Source: Nitrospirota bacterium
GTDB taxonomy: Bacteria; Nitrospirota; Nitrospiria; Nitrospirales; NS-4
Direction: 5' to 3'
Assembly: GCA_963788195.1 (NCBI GenBank)
Contig: CAWBGA010000017.1
Span: 64,001 to 128,000, forward strand
DNA length: 64,000 bases
In this document: positions 50,912 to 61,533 of the stretch, one piece after another
How the letters are laid out: every line of letters starts with the position of its first letter
Numbering within the stretch: position 1 is the stretch's first letter
Notes under the pieces: model-generated
Database searches by the model: none
The model's input: the letters and a program-made list of their open reading frames with translations, nothing else
Told to the model about the DNA's origin: nothing
Program-made: the position numbers and the translations under genes

Positions 50912-51939
50912 TGAAGCCGCGAGTAAAAAAACTTCGCATCCTGGCGCTGGTGCATCCTTCCCTGCAACCGCCTGAAACTCTTGACGGCTTAAGCGTCAAG
51001 GCTGCGTATGCCATCAAGACGGAATACGACATCGTCACGACGCTGCGCCAGCTTGGCCATGAGGTCCAGGTCCTCGGTGTTCAAGAGGAGTTGATGCCGA
51101 TCCGAACAGCCGTCACGGACTGGAAACCGCAGATCGTTTTCAATCTCCTCGAAGAGTTCCACGGTATCGCCGTCTATGATCAGCACGTCGTCGGCTTTAT
51201 GGAGCTGCTCCAGGTGTGCTACACCGGCTGCAATCCGCGCGGCCTTGTGCTTGCGCGGGGGAAAGCCTTATCGAAGAAACTTGTGACCTATCATCGCGTC
51301 CGCGTGCCGGCCTTTACTGTGTTCCCGCGCGGTCATCGGGCTCGGCTGCCTCGTGGCCTTCAATTCCCCTTGATCATCAAGAGCCTCACCGAAGAGTCAT
51401 CCAACGGGATTTCCCAAGCCTCGATTGTGGATACTCCGGAAAAACTCGAGGAGCGCGTGGCGTTCATCCATAACAGCATCGGCACCGACGCCATCGCCGA
51501 GCAGTATATTGAGGGTCGGGAGATCTATGTTGGCGCGATCGGAAACAAGCGCGTGCAGGTGTTGCCGATCTGGGAGCTGGAGTTTTCCAATCTGCCGCCG
51601 GGCACTGCCGCCATCGCCACGGCCCGCGTCAAACATAACCCCCATTATCAAGAGAAACTCGGGATCAAGCAGCACCCGGCCAAAAACTTAAGCCCCGCCT
51701 TGGAACGTCAGATTGTGAGGACGACACGACGCATCTTCAAAATTCTCGAGCTCGATGGGTATGCGCGCATCGATTACCGATTGGCTTCGGACGGGACACT
51801 CTATTTTCTGGAAGCTAACCCAAATCCCGAGATCGCGGAAAGCGAGGAGTTTGCCTCAGCCGCGAAAGCCGCAGGGATGTCCTATCCCAAGCTTGTCCAG
51901 AAGATTGTGACCCTTGGATTAGGCCGAGGTTGCGTGTAG
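50908..51939 (+). CDS. ATP-grasp ligase, D-Ala-D-Ala ligase-like
   Basis: FPLIIK, EESS.GI, EQYIEGRE, GYARIDYR, LEANPNP; ATGA overlap with the peptidase. Confidence 0.85.
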   Translation: MMKPRVKKLRILALVHPSLQPPETLDGLSVKAAYAIKTEYDIVTTLRQLGHEVQVLGVQEELMPIRTAVTDWKPQIVFNLLEEFHGIAVYDQHVVGFMELLQVCYTGCNPRGLVLARGKALSKKLVTYHRVRVPAFTVFPRGHRARLPRGLQFPLIIKSLTEESSNGISQASIVDTPEKLEERVAFIHNSIGTDAIAEQYIEGREIYVGAIGNKRVQVLPIWELEFSNLPPGTAAIATARVKHNPHYQEKLGIKQHPAKNLSPALERQIVRTTRRIFKILELDGYARIDYRLASDGTLYFLEANPNPEIAESEEFASAAKAAGMSYPKLVQKIVTLGLGRGCV

Positions 51940-51949
51940 ACAGACATTA

Positions 51950-52134
51950 CACCCGCCCCACCCCGCAGGCGCCGAGACGCCTGCTTTTCCCGTGGCACCC
52001 GCCCAGCCCTGGAATCTCATTTCACCCGCCCACCCCAAGCCTGCCGAGACAGGCTTTTGTCCCGTAGGACAGATTCCTTTTCCCCTACTACACCCGCCCA
52101 GCCCTGGAATCTGCCTAGACAGATTCCTTTTCCC
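51950..52134. repeat. Mosaic of short intergenic repeats with hairpins
   Basis: CACCCGCCC four times; CACCCGCCCAGCCCTGGAATCT at 51996 and 52091; GACAGATTCCTTTTCCC at 52068 and 52118; two CCGAGA-loop hairpins. Confidence 0.8.
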
Positions 52135-52372
52135 AATGCCGCCAAGGTTCTAGTTCAGCGTCGTCGGTTGCCCGTGGCGGCGGCGGAGACGCGTGTGGAA
52201 AGTTCGTGCGGCGGTCAAGAATAATATAGGACATCCCCCCGACGACGTATCGTACCAGCGCCAGTGGAATCCATCGCTCAAAATAGCCGGCGCCTTTGCA
52301 GTACGGGCACAGCTGCCGAAAGGGATCGTTGGGGCATCTCGAACGAATACGAATTTGCACGGACGCAACCAA
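52115..52372 (-). CDS. Possible small Cys-containing hypothetical protein
   Basis: RCPND...CPYCKGAGY (CxxCxGxG-like); no clear RBS. Confidence 0.3.
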   Translation of the reverse strand: MVASVQIRIRSRCPNDPFRQLCPYCKGAGYFERWIPLALVRYVVGGMSYIILDRRTNFPHASPPPPRATDDAELEPWRHWEKESV

Positions 52373-52683
52373 AATTAAAGATTAAAACTGTAGGTAATCT
52401 AAGTAGTGAAAGCTGACAGTATACTGAGGACGCATGCATGTCAAGTATTCCGCGGTGCGCGTTGTTATATAACAACGACATGGACCCAGCGGGGTTACAC
52501 TTGAAAGCTGCTGAAAGCGTTCGAAATGGTATTTGCGGCGAACGCTTCCTATCGCACCCGCCCGCCCTGAAATCTGCCAAGACAGATTTCTTTTCCCCCC
52601 AAGGTCCCATACGACGCCCTTGCTTTGCTATAATTATCGAGGTGGATGCCGCCCAGAAAGCTGATCTGGAGGTCGCACCTGAA

Positions 52684-53355
52684 ATGCGAGTGCGCATCAT
52701 GGGTAAATCGGCTTCGATCGGCGCCCTTTCCTTCGTGCTTGCAGGTCTCCTCGTGGGATGCGCCTCCGAGTCTCTTCCGGCCTATGTGCTAAACGGCACA
52801 GAGCGGCCACCCTTTCTGTCGGTTCAGCAAGACCCAGGATCCTATGAGGGTCACCGCATGGTCTTCGGGGGCGAGGTCTTGAAGGCCAAACGACGGGAGG
52901 ATCGAACCGAAATCGAAGTGCTGCAACTGCCGTTAAATGCCAGCGATGAACTAATCCCGAACCGGATTAACTCACAGGGACGATTTCTCGTTTATCGAAG
53001 AGATTTTCTGGATCCTGCCGCTATTCCACCCGGAACGCTCATCACAGTCGTGGGAGAAGGCAAGGGGTCCGTGCGCGAGAAACTGGACGAGATGGATTAC
53101 TCTTATCCTGTCCTCGAAAGCGAATATATCAAGGTGTGGCCGGCCAGGACCCTAGGCGGCTATCGTCCCTATCCGTATCCCTACTACCCGTACGGTTATT
53201 ATGGTCCCTGGGGGTACCCGTATTACGCGCCATACGGCTATCCCTTCTATCCAGGCCCATTTTTTCGACCGTTTCCCTTCAGGCATTCGCACTCTCATTT
53301 TCGTCACGCCCCTCAGAATACTCCCCGCCCTCCGCAATTTCGTCGAGGAAGGTAG
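52684..53355 (+). CDS. slp: Slp-family outer membrane lipoprotein
   Basis: Lipobox LVGC; FGGEV, EIEVLQLPL, GRF, FLDPA, ITVVG, YSYP; Tyr/Pro/Gly-rich tail. Confidence 0.85.
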   Translation: MRVRIMGKSASIGALSFVLAGLLVGCASESLPAYVLNGTERPPFLSVQQDPGSYEGHRMVFGGEVLKAKRREDRTEIEVLQLPLNASDELIPNRINSQGRFLVYRRDFLDPAAIPPGTLITVVGEGKGSVREKLDEMDYSYPVLESEYIKVWPARTLGGYRPYPYPYYPYGYYGPWGYPYYAPYGYPFYPGPFFRPFPFRHSHSHFRHAPQNTPRPPQFRRGR

Positions 53356-53380
53356 CGCGACTACTTCGAAAGCCGCTCAT

Positions 53381-54424
53381 CTACTTCTCAAGCAACCCTT
53401 CCGTCCGCAGGATATTGTTCATAATATCTCGGTAAATCGCTTTCAAATCGTCATCCATGTCCGGGCTTCTGCGAAAATCGGGAAATCGCCAGTTGAGCTG
53501 TAAAAAATGGTTGAAGGGAATGATTCTCTCCCGTTCTGTTTCTTGCCGCCAAGGAAATCGGGAGGACTCGAGAGACACCGCGCCGTCATTCACCAATGGT
53601 TCGCCCCTGCGGCGAGACTTCCATTTCAGAATCAGACTCGCCGGCTTCAGCAGCAGGTTTTGGAAAGGATAGCGCGTTGGCTGATCGATATCGCCCGCAT
53701 AGGAAAAATAGTAAGTTCCTGAACCATTCTTCGGCACCTTGCGTTCGCTCTCCGCTAAAGCATGATTCAAGGTATGGGCGCCGCTCTGCGTTAAATCATA
53801 GACGCTTCGGGCAAAGACTGGCAGAGGCACGTTCACCCCCTCCAAAAGACGTCGAAGAAATTCCCACGGAGACCCGTTCGAGGGGTGGTCATCCGCGGTG
53901 CTCCTCAGCACTCGTTCCATGGCATTCCACACATACAGCGCTGTCTTTGCGAGCGGCAGAATCACATGCCGGCAGCGGTAGGCAAGGTCTGCGAGAACTG
54001 TGCCTCCGTGCGGGGTGGCAATCATGGTCAGAGAGGCGATATGCGGGACCATTTCGCCGTGCGCAACCATCCACCGGGCATCAAGGCCCCCCTGACTGTG
54101 TGCAACGATATGCACCCCGGTCTTCGCAGGAAGAGCACCCACGATCTTCACAATTTCGCGTTGCAGGATCGCCGCGCGATTTGTCACACTTTCACAAGCA
54201 GGCAGCGTGGGAGCCACGACGCGCAAAGTCCATGGTGCTTCACTCTCCTGGTATTCCTTTTCATAGAACTCTCTCACCCCGTTGAAGTAACTCCTCCTCA
54301 TGCCAGGGCGCTTGGCATCGTCTCCCCACCCTAAAAAACCGTGCACCAAAACCACCAATATGCATCGCGATCCCTCTGGCTGCCCTACACGGCTTGCCGC
54401 CAACTCATGTTGCGCCGAAATCAC
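53381..54424 (-). CDS. Alpha/beta-hydrolase lipase
   Basis: LVHGFLG oxyanion motif, AHSQGG nucleophile elbow, TPHGG, NDGAV, C-terminal H. Confidence 0.85.
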   Translation of the reverse strand: MISAQHELAASRVGQPEGSRCILVVLVHGFLGWGDDAKRPGMRRSYFNGVREFYEKEYQESEAPWTLRVVAPTLPACESVTNRAAILQREIVKIVGALPAKTGVHIVAHSQGGLDARWMVAHGEMVPHIASLTMIATPHGGTVLADLAYRCRHVILPLAKTALYVWNAMERVLRSTADDHPSNGSPWEFLRRLLEGVNVPLPVFARSVYDLTQSGAHTLNHALAESERKVPKNGSGTYYFSYAGDIDQPTRYPFQNLLLKPASLILKWKSRRRGEPLVNDGAVSLESSRFPWRQETERERIIPFNHFLQLNWRFPDFRRSPDMDDDLKAIYRDIMNNILRTEGLLEK

Positions 54425-57400
54425 GACGCATCTCTGCTTCCACTCTTCACATACCTTCGCGTAAGTTCGAGAAAATTCTTCAATTGATCGCTCCCAGCCG
54501 TCGGCGCCTGTTCAGTCGCTTGCTGATATATCCACTCGATGGTGTGCAAGCCCAGCATTCTGTAGCTCTCGAACTGAGACTCGCTAAACCATTGATCCCC
54601 GGTAGACTCATGGGGAAACATTTGGTTTGTAGCGGCGTAATTATAGATGTCGATTGGTTCGTCTCCAACGATTGAAGGTTTCAGGTAGATGAGGATTCCA
54701 TCCAGATCCTTCCTCTGTTCCTCAGGAAGACCTGCTCCGTCTGCTTCTGAGTACTGAATCCTTCCAATCGCGCAATATTTTGGTGTTTTCTGCCTTTGGT
54801 CTTCGTTTCTCTTTCGCGGGAGAATCAGCATCTTGTCAATCGTGATCGGAATACCAGTATCAATGCGTATCTTACGGATTGCGTTGCCGAGGTCTTCAAA
54901 TGCGCAGTCCTCGTCCCGTCCCGCGTCGCTGACAACAATGAAGTGACACCGACGAAGCACCATTTCGTACAGACCGAGGTTTTCGAAATGGCCGCCGTCG
55001 GAGAGATTGACGAACCGTCGCTCCGAACTCGTTAAGCCAAACGCTTCGGCAAGAAGCGGACCAAGGGCGAATCCTGGGGTCGCGTCCTTAAAGGCAGCTT
55101 TTGCAGGATTTCCGAGCCACCAGCCGAGCCGGATGTTGAACAACGTCAGGAGAAAGGTAATGGCAGGCGACGAGTGATATCCCATATTGGGACTGGCAGC
55201 GGCTCCCGAAATCGCCACCGCGGTGCCCAAGGTGATCTTGCCGCCGTATTCGCTGGAACGGCGATACCCCAGATAACGATTTCCCGCATGTAAGGGGGTC
55301 ACCGTAAACGACTCCGCTTGTCGTTGCTGCCAGGCCAGCTCCTTGCCGCCGACGAGGTTCAAGGCGATATTCACGGTGTGGAAGGGCTTTGTTCGCAGCG
55401 AGCACATGTGCTGGTTGTCATTCGGATCAAATCCGGTAAAGACGTTCGGGCTCCGGTCGGCATTCGACGCGCCGAGATACGCGCGTACAATTCTGTTGCG
55501 ATAGAGGGCATGTAAGGAAAATCGGTTGATGTTGATAAAGCCGGCGAAGAGGGCACTGACAAGTGCTAGGACGACGGCAAGAGCCGCGATCCATCCGACA
55601 TGCGTTGTAGTTAGTATCCCAGACTCATCTACCGTGTGAGACTGCCAGATATACACCGACCCCAGTCGAAACAGTTCCCCTGTTGTCCATGACAATACGA
55701 TGATCATGAGGGCAGCAAAGACAGGCGCCGCAAGCAACAGCACGATATCGGGGACGCGATTCGTCCAGTCCCCTTGTGCTTTCTCTTTCGCGTTTGCGGC
55801 AGACTTCGAACTAAAACCCAGCCAGTTCACGACGATACCCGACGAAATCATACCCAGAAAAGTATGGAAGATCGAAACCCAGCGAGGAACAAACAGCACG
55901 AGTGCGGCGATGGTGTTCCACACAATGCTGACCATCAGCGCCCAGCCTCCAGAGCGTGCCCACCACTCCCGGTCCTCGTCATCGGTGAAGCGGCCGCTCA
56001 ATCCGACAAAGAGCGTTGCGGCTAAGAGAAAGAGGGACAAGAACACCGGAATCGCAAACGCACCGTAATACACCGCAAAATTATTGACCGGCCCGGCCGG
56101 CAAGATTTGCAGGGCCATCCACGCAAGGTATCCTCCCAGCGCCCCGCTAAGAATAATCACGACAAGTTCACCAACTATCCAGCGTGCTTGCTGAATTGTC
56201 CCTTGGAATTGATTCCATTGCCGCAGTGCCAACACGGAAAGAATCCAACCCGCTACATGAACACCCGCAGCGACCAATATAAAAGGCGATCCCGGCACCC
56301 GAACCCCCCAAAGATACATGCTCAGAACGTTCTGACTGCGACCGTCATTCGCTACCCACGCCCACCACGTGGTGATCAGACCCGCTGAGACAATCAACGG
56401 CAACAAGGAGACGAATAAGAATGTATTTTGATTCCCCCACGCCTTCCATTTTTCGCTCGTCCGCTCCTGTAAGCTCGGTCTATAACTGTGAATGTACGCC
56501 AAGGCAATGGTCGCAAGAACGCAGCCGCCAATCAGCAAGAGGTCTGCGGAGTTAAGCCGGAATCCGAAGAGTGATACGGACGATGAATTCAGACGGACAA
56601 TGCTCACGATAAGATAAGGAAGAGCAAGAAATGCCATGAGAAGAGGCAACAGTACCAGCCAGTTCAACAGCATGTTACGCAGAATCGTTCCCAGCGCGGC
56701 CCATGTATCCGCTGACAGCAGACCGAGCTTTGGGGTGAGATAATTGCTAAACCCCCTTAAATGGCATATGGGCGCGGGCTCAGGTTTGAGCAGCGAGGAG
56801 GGAGGATTTCTCAGCTCTGAATCGACCTCAGCGAAACCCTTTCGCTTGATCCACGCCGACAGCCAGCTTCCCACATAGCCGCCCCCCGATACCGTGGATA
56901 GATAGTGAAACTCTTTGAGCAGGCCCTTTCGCGCCAATCCTTGGAGGATACCCAAGGCATATGTGGCACTCCGGATGCCGCCGCCCGAGAGGCACAACGC
57001 GACACGAGGACCGGATGAATGCTCGGAACCCCCGTCGCCGCGGTCCGTAGGCGAGGTCCTCACCAGCTCATGAATATGTCGGTAAATCATCGCCAGACGG
57101 GCTTCTTCCAGTGCGTCATTTTTACATCCCTGAGGCGGCATCGATTTATAGAGATATTGCCCATAACAGGCTTCAAGAAGGATGCGGTTGGCCGCCGGAA
57201 CCTCCTGTGGTTTGCCGTGGCAAGCGCAGTCACATACATGTTTTGTTTTGTCACCAGACGGTTCAGCGCATCCAGAACTGCGCGCTCGCGCCGTTCCTTA
57301 GAAGCCGTGCCGGGAGATAAGAAGGGGTTCACGATGGAAAACCGGCGATCCAACTCCCGCGCCAGTTCTGTGGCATTTTCAAGATCGCTGGCGGTGAAGT

Positions 57401-57887
57401 AAGCCGTTCGGGTCGCAGGTTCGCTCCGGGGATGGATCCATTCGCCCATCAGACATTGAAGGAGTCGTGCATTCGCATCGCACTGACTTTTTTGAAAGCT
57501 ACGGATCTCCTCCGTGTCCTGCCCGGGGTTGTTGGGTAAGAGCCGTGCTGTGAGGTTGGGATCCCGCGCGAGTTCGTTTAATCGGGTGGTGAATCGTGTT
57601 AAGGCGGCTTCAACCTGCTTGCGTTGATCTTTTCCTAGAGTTGCGAAGTCTGAAAACTTGCGGAGCATCTCGAGGTCCACGGTCTCTTCCTGCTTGGTAT
57701 TGGCCTGCCCGGCGCTGAGGATTTTGAGCCGTTCCGCGATATGAGCGGGGTTATTCCAATGAAATTCGAAAAACCGCCCGCGACAGTCATGAACCACTCT
57801 GAACTCTTCTTCCAGCACTTCAGAGAGCGTGAAGGGTGCTTCAGACGCTGCTCGGTGGCGCATGGGTCGATTGCTGAGTCGCTTCAC
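54421..57887 (-). CDS. Large multi-TM patatin/cPLA2-like phospholipase (apparent indel near 57200-57240)
   Basis: LSGGGIRSA, STVSGG, DGGHFENLG; about 10 TMs; the reading frame of ORF 54421-57141 extends upstream (ANRILLEACY) into ORF 57087-57887. Confidence 0.78.
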
Positions 57888-58186
57888 GATGTCCGGCCTC
57901 TTTTTGATTCAGGAGTGGTCGCAGCGCCTCCAACATAATCGCTTGCTTATCCAAGGAAAACCCTTATTCTGTGCGCGGAATATCACCCGCTTACAAAAAC
58001 TTGTCAAGCATCACATTCCGGGGAAAGCCTGCCGCCCTAGCGGGATCTGCGATTGCAGGTACTGCTACCGTTTTAGAGTCAAGAGGCCAGCTTGAGGGTA
58101 CGAAACCCCTGCGGCAATGTCACGGTAAGGGATACGGGCGAGAAGTAAGAGACCAGAGAATCCTTTGATTCGCTTGCGGGAGTGGG

Positions 58187-58262
58187 TGGAGGCGCCGAGC
58201 GGGGTCGAACCGCTGCATCGCAGTTTTGCAGACTGCTCCCTTAACCACTTGGGTACGGCGCC
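58187..58262 (-). tRNA. tRNA-Cys (anticodon GCA)
   Basis: Reverse complement GGCGCCGTACCCAAGTGGTTAAGGGAGCAGTCTGCAAAACTGCGATGCAGCGGTTCGACCCCGCTCGGCGCCTCCA. Confidence 0.97.
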
Positions 58263-58325
58263 TTGTTGGGGATTATAAAGGTGAAGGACTAGTCAGACAA
58301 GGAGGTTAATAGATGCCTGCTTCTT

Positions 58326-59501
58326 TTACAGCTTGAGGACGGGAATTTCCTTCTTTCTGGAGTCCCCTGCGGCTGAGATCGGCTCTGCAGCCGGCTCGCC
58401 GTTGACGCTGCCGTTGCCATCGCCGTAGAGGTCCGCTTCCTTTTCTTTGGCCATGATCTCGATCTCGGCCAAGAGGGTGTCCAGCAGCTCTTCGGATTTG
58501 ACCTTCCGGATGAGTTTGCCGTGCTTGAAGAGGATGCCGACGCCCTCGCCGCCTGCAATGCCGATATCGGCCTCCTTGCCCTCGCCGATCCCGTTCACGA
58601 CACAGCCCAGCACCGAGACATTCAATGGCACTCGGATATGTCCCAGCCGCTTCTCGAGCTCGTTGGCCAATTTGACCACGTCGATTTCGACCCGGCCACA
58701 CGTGGGACAGGCGATGACGTTGACGCCGCGATGGCGAAGCTCCAGCGCTTTGAGAATTTCAAAACCCACCTTCACTTCTTCAACGGGGTCGGCGGCCAAA
58801 GACACGCGAATCGTATCGCCGATGCCGCCGGCAAGGAGCAAGCCGATGCCGATCGATGACTTAATGGAACCCGTCAAGAGGGTCCCCGCCTCAGTAATGC
58901 CCAGATGTAACGGGTAATCGGATTGCAACGAGAACAGCCGGTAGGCATCCACAGCCATGTGGACGTCGGAAGCCTTCAAAGACACCTTCATATTGGTAAA
59001 GCCGATGTCTTCGAGCGCATGGACGGCATTGAGGGCCGATTCGCAGAGGGCCTCGGCGGTCGGATAGCCGTACTTGGCCAGCAACTCCCGCTCAAGCGAG
59101 CCGCCGTTGACGCCGATGCGCAGCGGGATATTTCGCTCGCGCGCGGCTTTCACGACTTCCTCTACCTTCCACCAGGCGCCGATATTCCCAGGGTTAATGC
59201 GCACGCAGTCGACCACTTGCGCAGCTTTTAACGCTAACCGGTGGTCGAAATGCACGTCGGCGATCAGTGGAACCGTGGTCTGGGATTTGATCGACTGGAG
59301 CGCGGCGGCGGCTTCCGGCGTGTTCACCGTCACCCGGACGATTTCGCATCCCACCTGCTCAAGTTCGTGAATCTGGGCGACAGTCGCCTTCACATCCGCA
59401 GTGTCCGGGGTCGTCATTGACTGCACGACCACCGGCGCCCCGCCACCGATAGGGACGCGGCCGACGCGAACTTGTTTCGTCTTCCGCCGAGTGATGAACA
59501 T
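58326..59501 (-). CDS. ispG: (E)-4-hydroxy-3-methylbut-2-enyl diphosphate synthase
   Basis: VQSMT, ADVHF, RINPGN, HLGITEAG, GDTIRVSL, CPTCGR, GCVVNG.GE. Confidence 0.97.
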   Translation of the reverse strand: MFITRRKTKQVRVGRVPIGGGAPVVVQSMTTPDTADVKATVAQIHELEQVGCEIVRVTVNTPEAAAALQSIKSQTTVPLIADVHFDHRLALKAAQVVDCVRINPGNIGAWWKVEEVVKAARERNIPLRIGVNGGSLERELLAKYGYPTAEALCESALNAVHALEDIGFTNMKVSLKASDVHMAVDAYRLFSLQSDYPLHLGITEAGTLLTGSIKSSIGIGLLLAGGIGDTIRVSLAADPVEEVKVGFEILKALELRHRGVNVIACPTCGRVEIDVVKLANELEKRLGHIRVPLNVSVLGCVVNGIGEGKEADIGIAGGEGVGILFKHGKLIRKVKSEELLDTLLAEIEIMAKEKEADLYGDGNGSVNGEPAAEPISAAGDSRKKEIPVLKL

Positions 59502-59503
59502 AC

Positions 59504-61403
59504 TTAGCGCTCGGACTCCACACCGAGTTCAACGGCTGCCAGCAAGCCTTTGGCCTCCTCGTAAATCCCCTCCGACGTCAACCCATGCTGCGCGCGAAGC
59601 AGATCCTGGGGGCCCTGCTCAATGTACTGATCTGGTAAGCCGAGGACCCTGGTCGGAAGAGCGGAGAGGTGCTGGTCCGACAACGCTTCAAGGACCGCGG
59701 ATCCAAAGCCTCCCATGCGGCAGCCTTCCTCCACCGTCAACAGACACTTGACTTGTCTGGCGACCCGCGCGATGAGGGGCACATCGAGAGGCTTCACGTA
59801 GCGGGCATTGATCACCGCCGCGGAAATGCCGTCTTGCGCCAACCGCTCGGCGGCGCGCATTGCGGGAACGACGGTGACACCGATCGCGACGAGCGCGAGA
59901 TCGGTTCCTTCGCGCAGCAGTTCGCCCTGTCCGATGGGCAGCGCCGTCGGATAGGAATCCATGTTGACGCCCCATGCGCTGCCGCGTGGGTAGCGCACCG
60001 CGGCGGGGCCCTCATAACTGAGGCAGGTTTTCACCATGTGCTGCAGTTCGTTCTCGTCTTTGGGAGCCATGACGACCATGTTCGGGACATGGCGCAGGAA
60101 GGCGTAGTCGAATGCGCCGTGATGCGTCGTCCCGTCCTCGGCGACCAGGCCTCCGCGATCAATCATCATCGTGACCGGCAGGTTCTGGGTGGCGACGTCA
60201 TGAACAATTTGATCGTACGCGCGCTGCAGGAAGGTACTGTACATTGTCACGACCGGCCTTAACCCCTGTGTGGCCAACCCCGCGGCAAAGGTCAATGCGT
60301 GCTGCTCGGCGATTCCAACATCGTGAAAGCGGTCGGGGAACTCCTCCGCGAAACCTTTCAAGCCGGTACCCTCGCACATGGCCGCTGTAATGGCGACGAT
60401 CCGGCGGTCCTGACGCGCGAGGCGGCACAGAGTGTTGGTGGCGACAGCAGTATAGGAGGCTGTCGACGCCTGTTTCGATGGACGCCCTGTCTCACGATTA
60501 AAAGGGGGACAGGCATGAAACCAGACGGGGTCCTTCATCGCGGGCTCATAGCCGAGGCCCTTTTTCGTGATGACATGCAGCAGGGTCGGACCCTTGAGTC
60601 TCAGCACATTCTTGAGGGTGCCCAACAGATGCTCGAAGCTATGGCCGTCGATGGGCCCGACATACCGAAATCCGAGCTCTTCGAACAGCAACCCGGGAAG
60701 GATGATGCCCTTGGCCAGCTCCTCCGCGCGATGGGCAAGCTTGCTGAGGGAATCTCCAAAGCGGGGAATGGCTCTCAACAGTTGCTGCGTCTCTTCGCGA
60801 ACGCGTGTGACGAATTCGCCGGTGTAGGTGCGATTGAGATACGCCGACAGAGACCCGACATTCGGCGAGATCGACATCTGATTATCGTTCAGGATCACCA
60901 CGAGGTCTTTGTGAAGCCCGCCCGCGTGCTCCATGGCCTCCAAGCGTCATGCCCGAGGTCATCGCACCATCGCCTACAATGCAGACGACCCGGTGATCTT
61001 GTTCTGCAAGGTCGCGCGCCACCATCATGCCCACCGCGGCAGACACACCTGTCCCCGCGTGTCCGGCATTGAAGGTATCGTAAATGCTCTCCTCTCTCTT
61101 GCAAAAACCGCTCATTCCTCCGTGCTGACGGAGGGTATGAAACTGCTCCCGCCTACCCGTCAATAACTTATGTGTATAGGCTTGATTGCTCGTATCCCAG
61201 ACAATCTTGTCCTTCGGAGTGTCCAATAAATAGTGTAGCGCGAGGGTGAGTTCGACAACGCCCAAGTTAGAAGCTAAGTGACCTCCTACGGCCGAGGTGA
61301 CAGTCAGGATCCGTTCCCGAATTTCGCCCGCGAGCGTTGGGAGTGCGTCGACGGAAAGCCGTTTTAGATCTGAGGGGCTATCGATGCCGTCTAATAATGA
61401 CAC
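59504..61403 (-). CDS. dxs: 1-deoxy-D-xylulose-5-phosphate synthase (apparent 1-bp insertion near 60945)
   Basis: GGHLASNLGVVEL and GDGAMTSGM in 60882-61403; NDNQMSI, DVGIAEQH, RAYDQ, DGTTHHG in 59504-60943. Confidence 0.93.
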
Positions 61404-61533
61404 AGGTGACCTCTTATTTCTTTTTATTATACGAAAGTAAACACAAGTGTTGAATTATACGCGAGTTTGTCCTGGTTTACAACCGCGAGCTACATCCCAC
61501 CCATGCGGTAGGTCAGAACGAATGTGAACAGCC

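Noticed and set aside
51950..52134. Repeat mosaic as a CRISPR array
   Set aside because: Spacing is irregular, the intervening segments are themselves repeated, and there are no cas genes.
52438..52683. N-terminal extension of the Slp ORF
   Set aside because: The RBS and lipoprotein signal begin at 52684-52699; the upstream part looks like promoter sequence.
57900..58186. att-bounded island at tRNA-Cys
   Set aside because: I found no duplicate of the tRNA-Cys 3' end and no integrase in the window, so island boundaries cannot be supported.
60882..60960. Programmed frameshift or split dxs
   Set aside because: No slippery heptamer is evident; one extra base in CTTGGAG explains it and matches the window-wide indel pattern.
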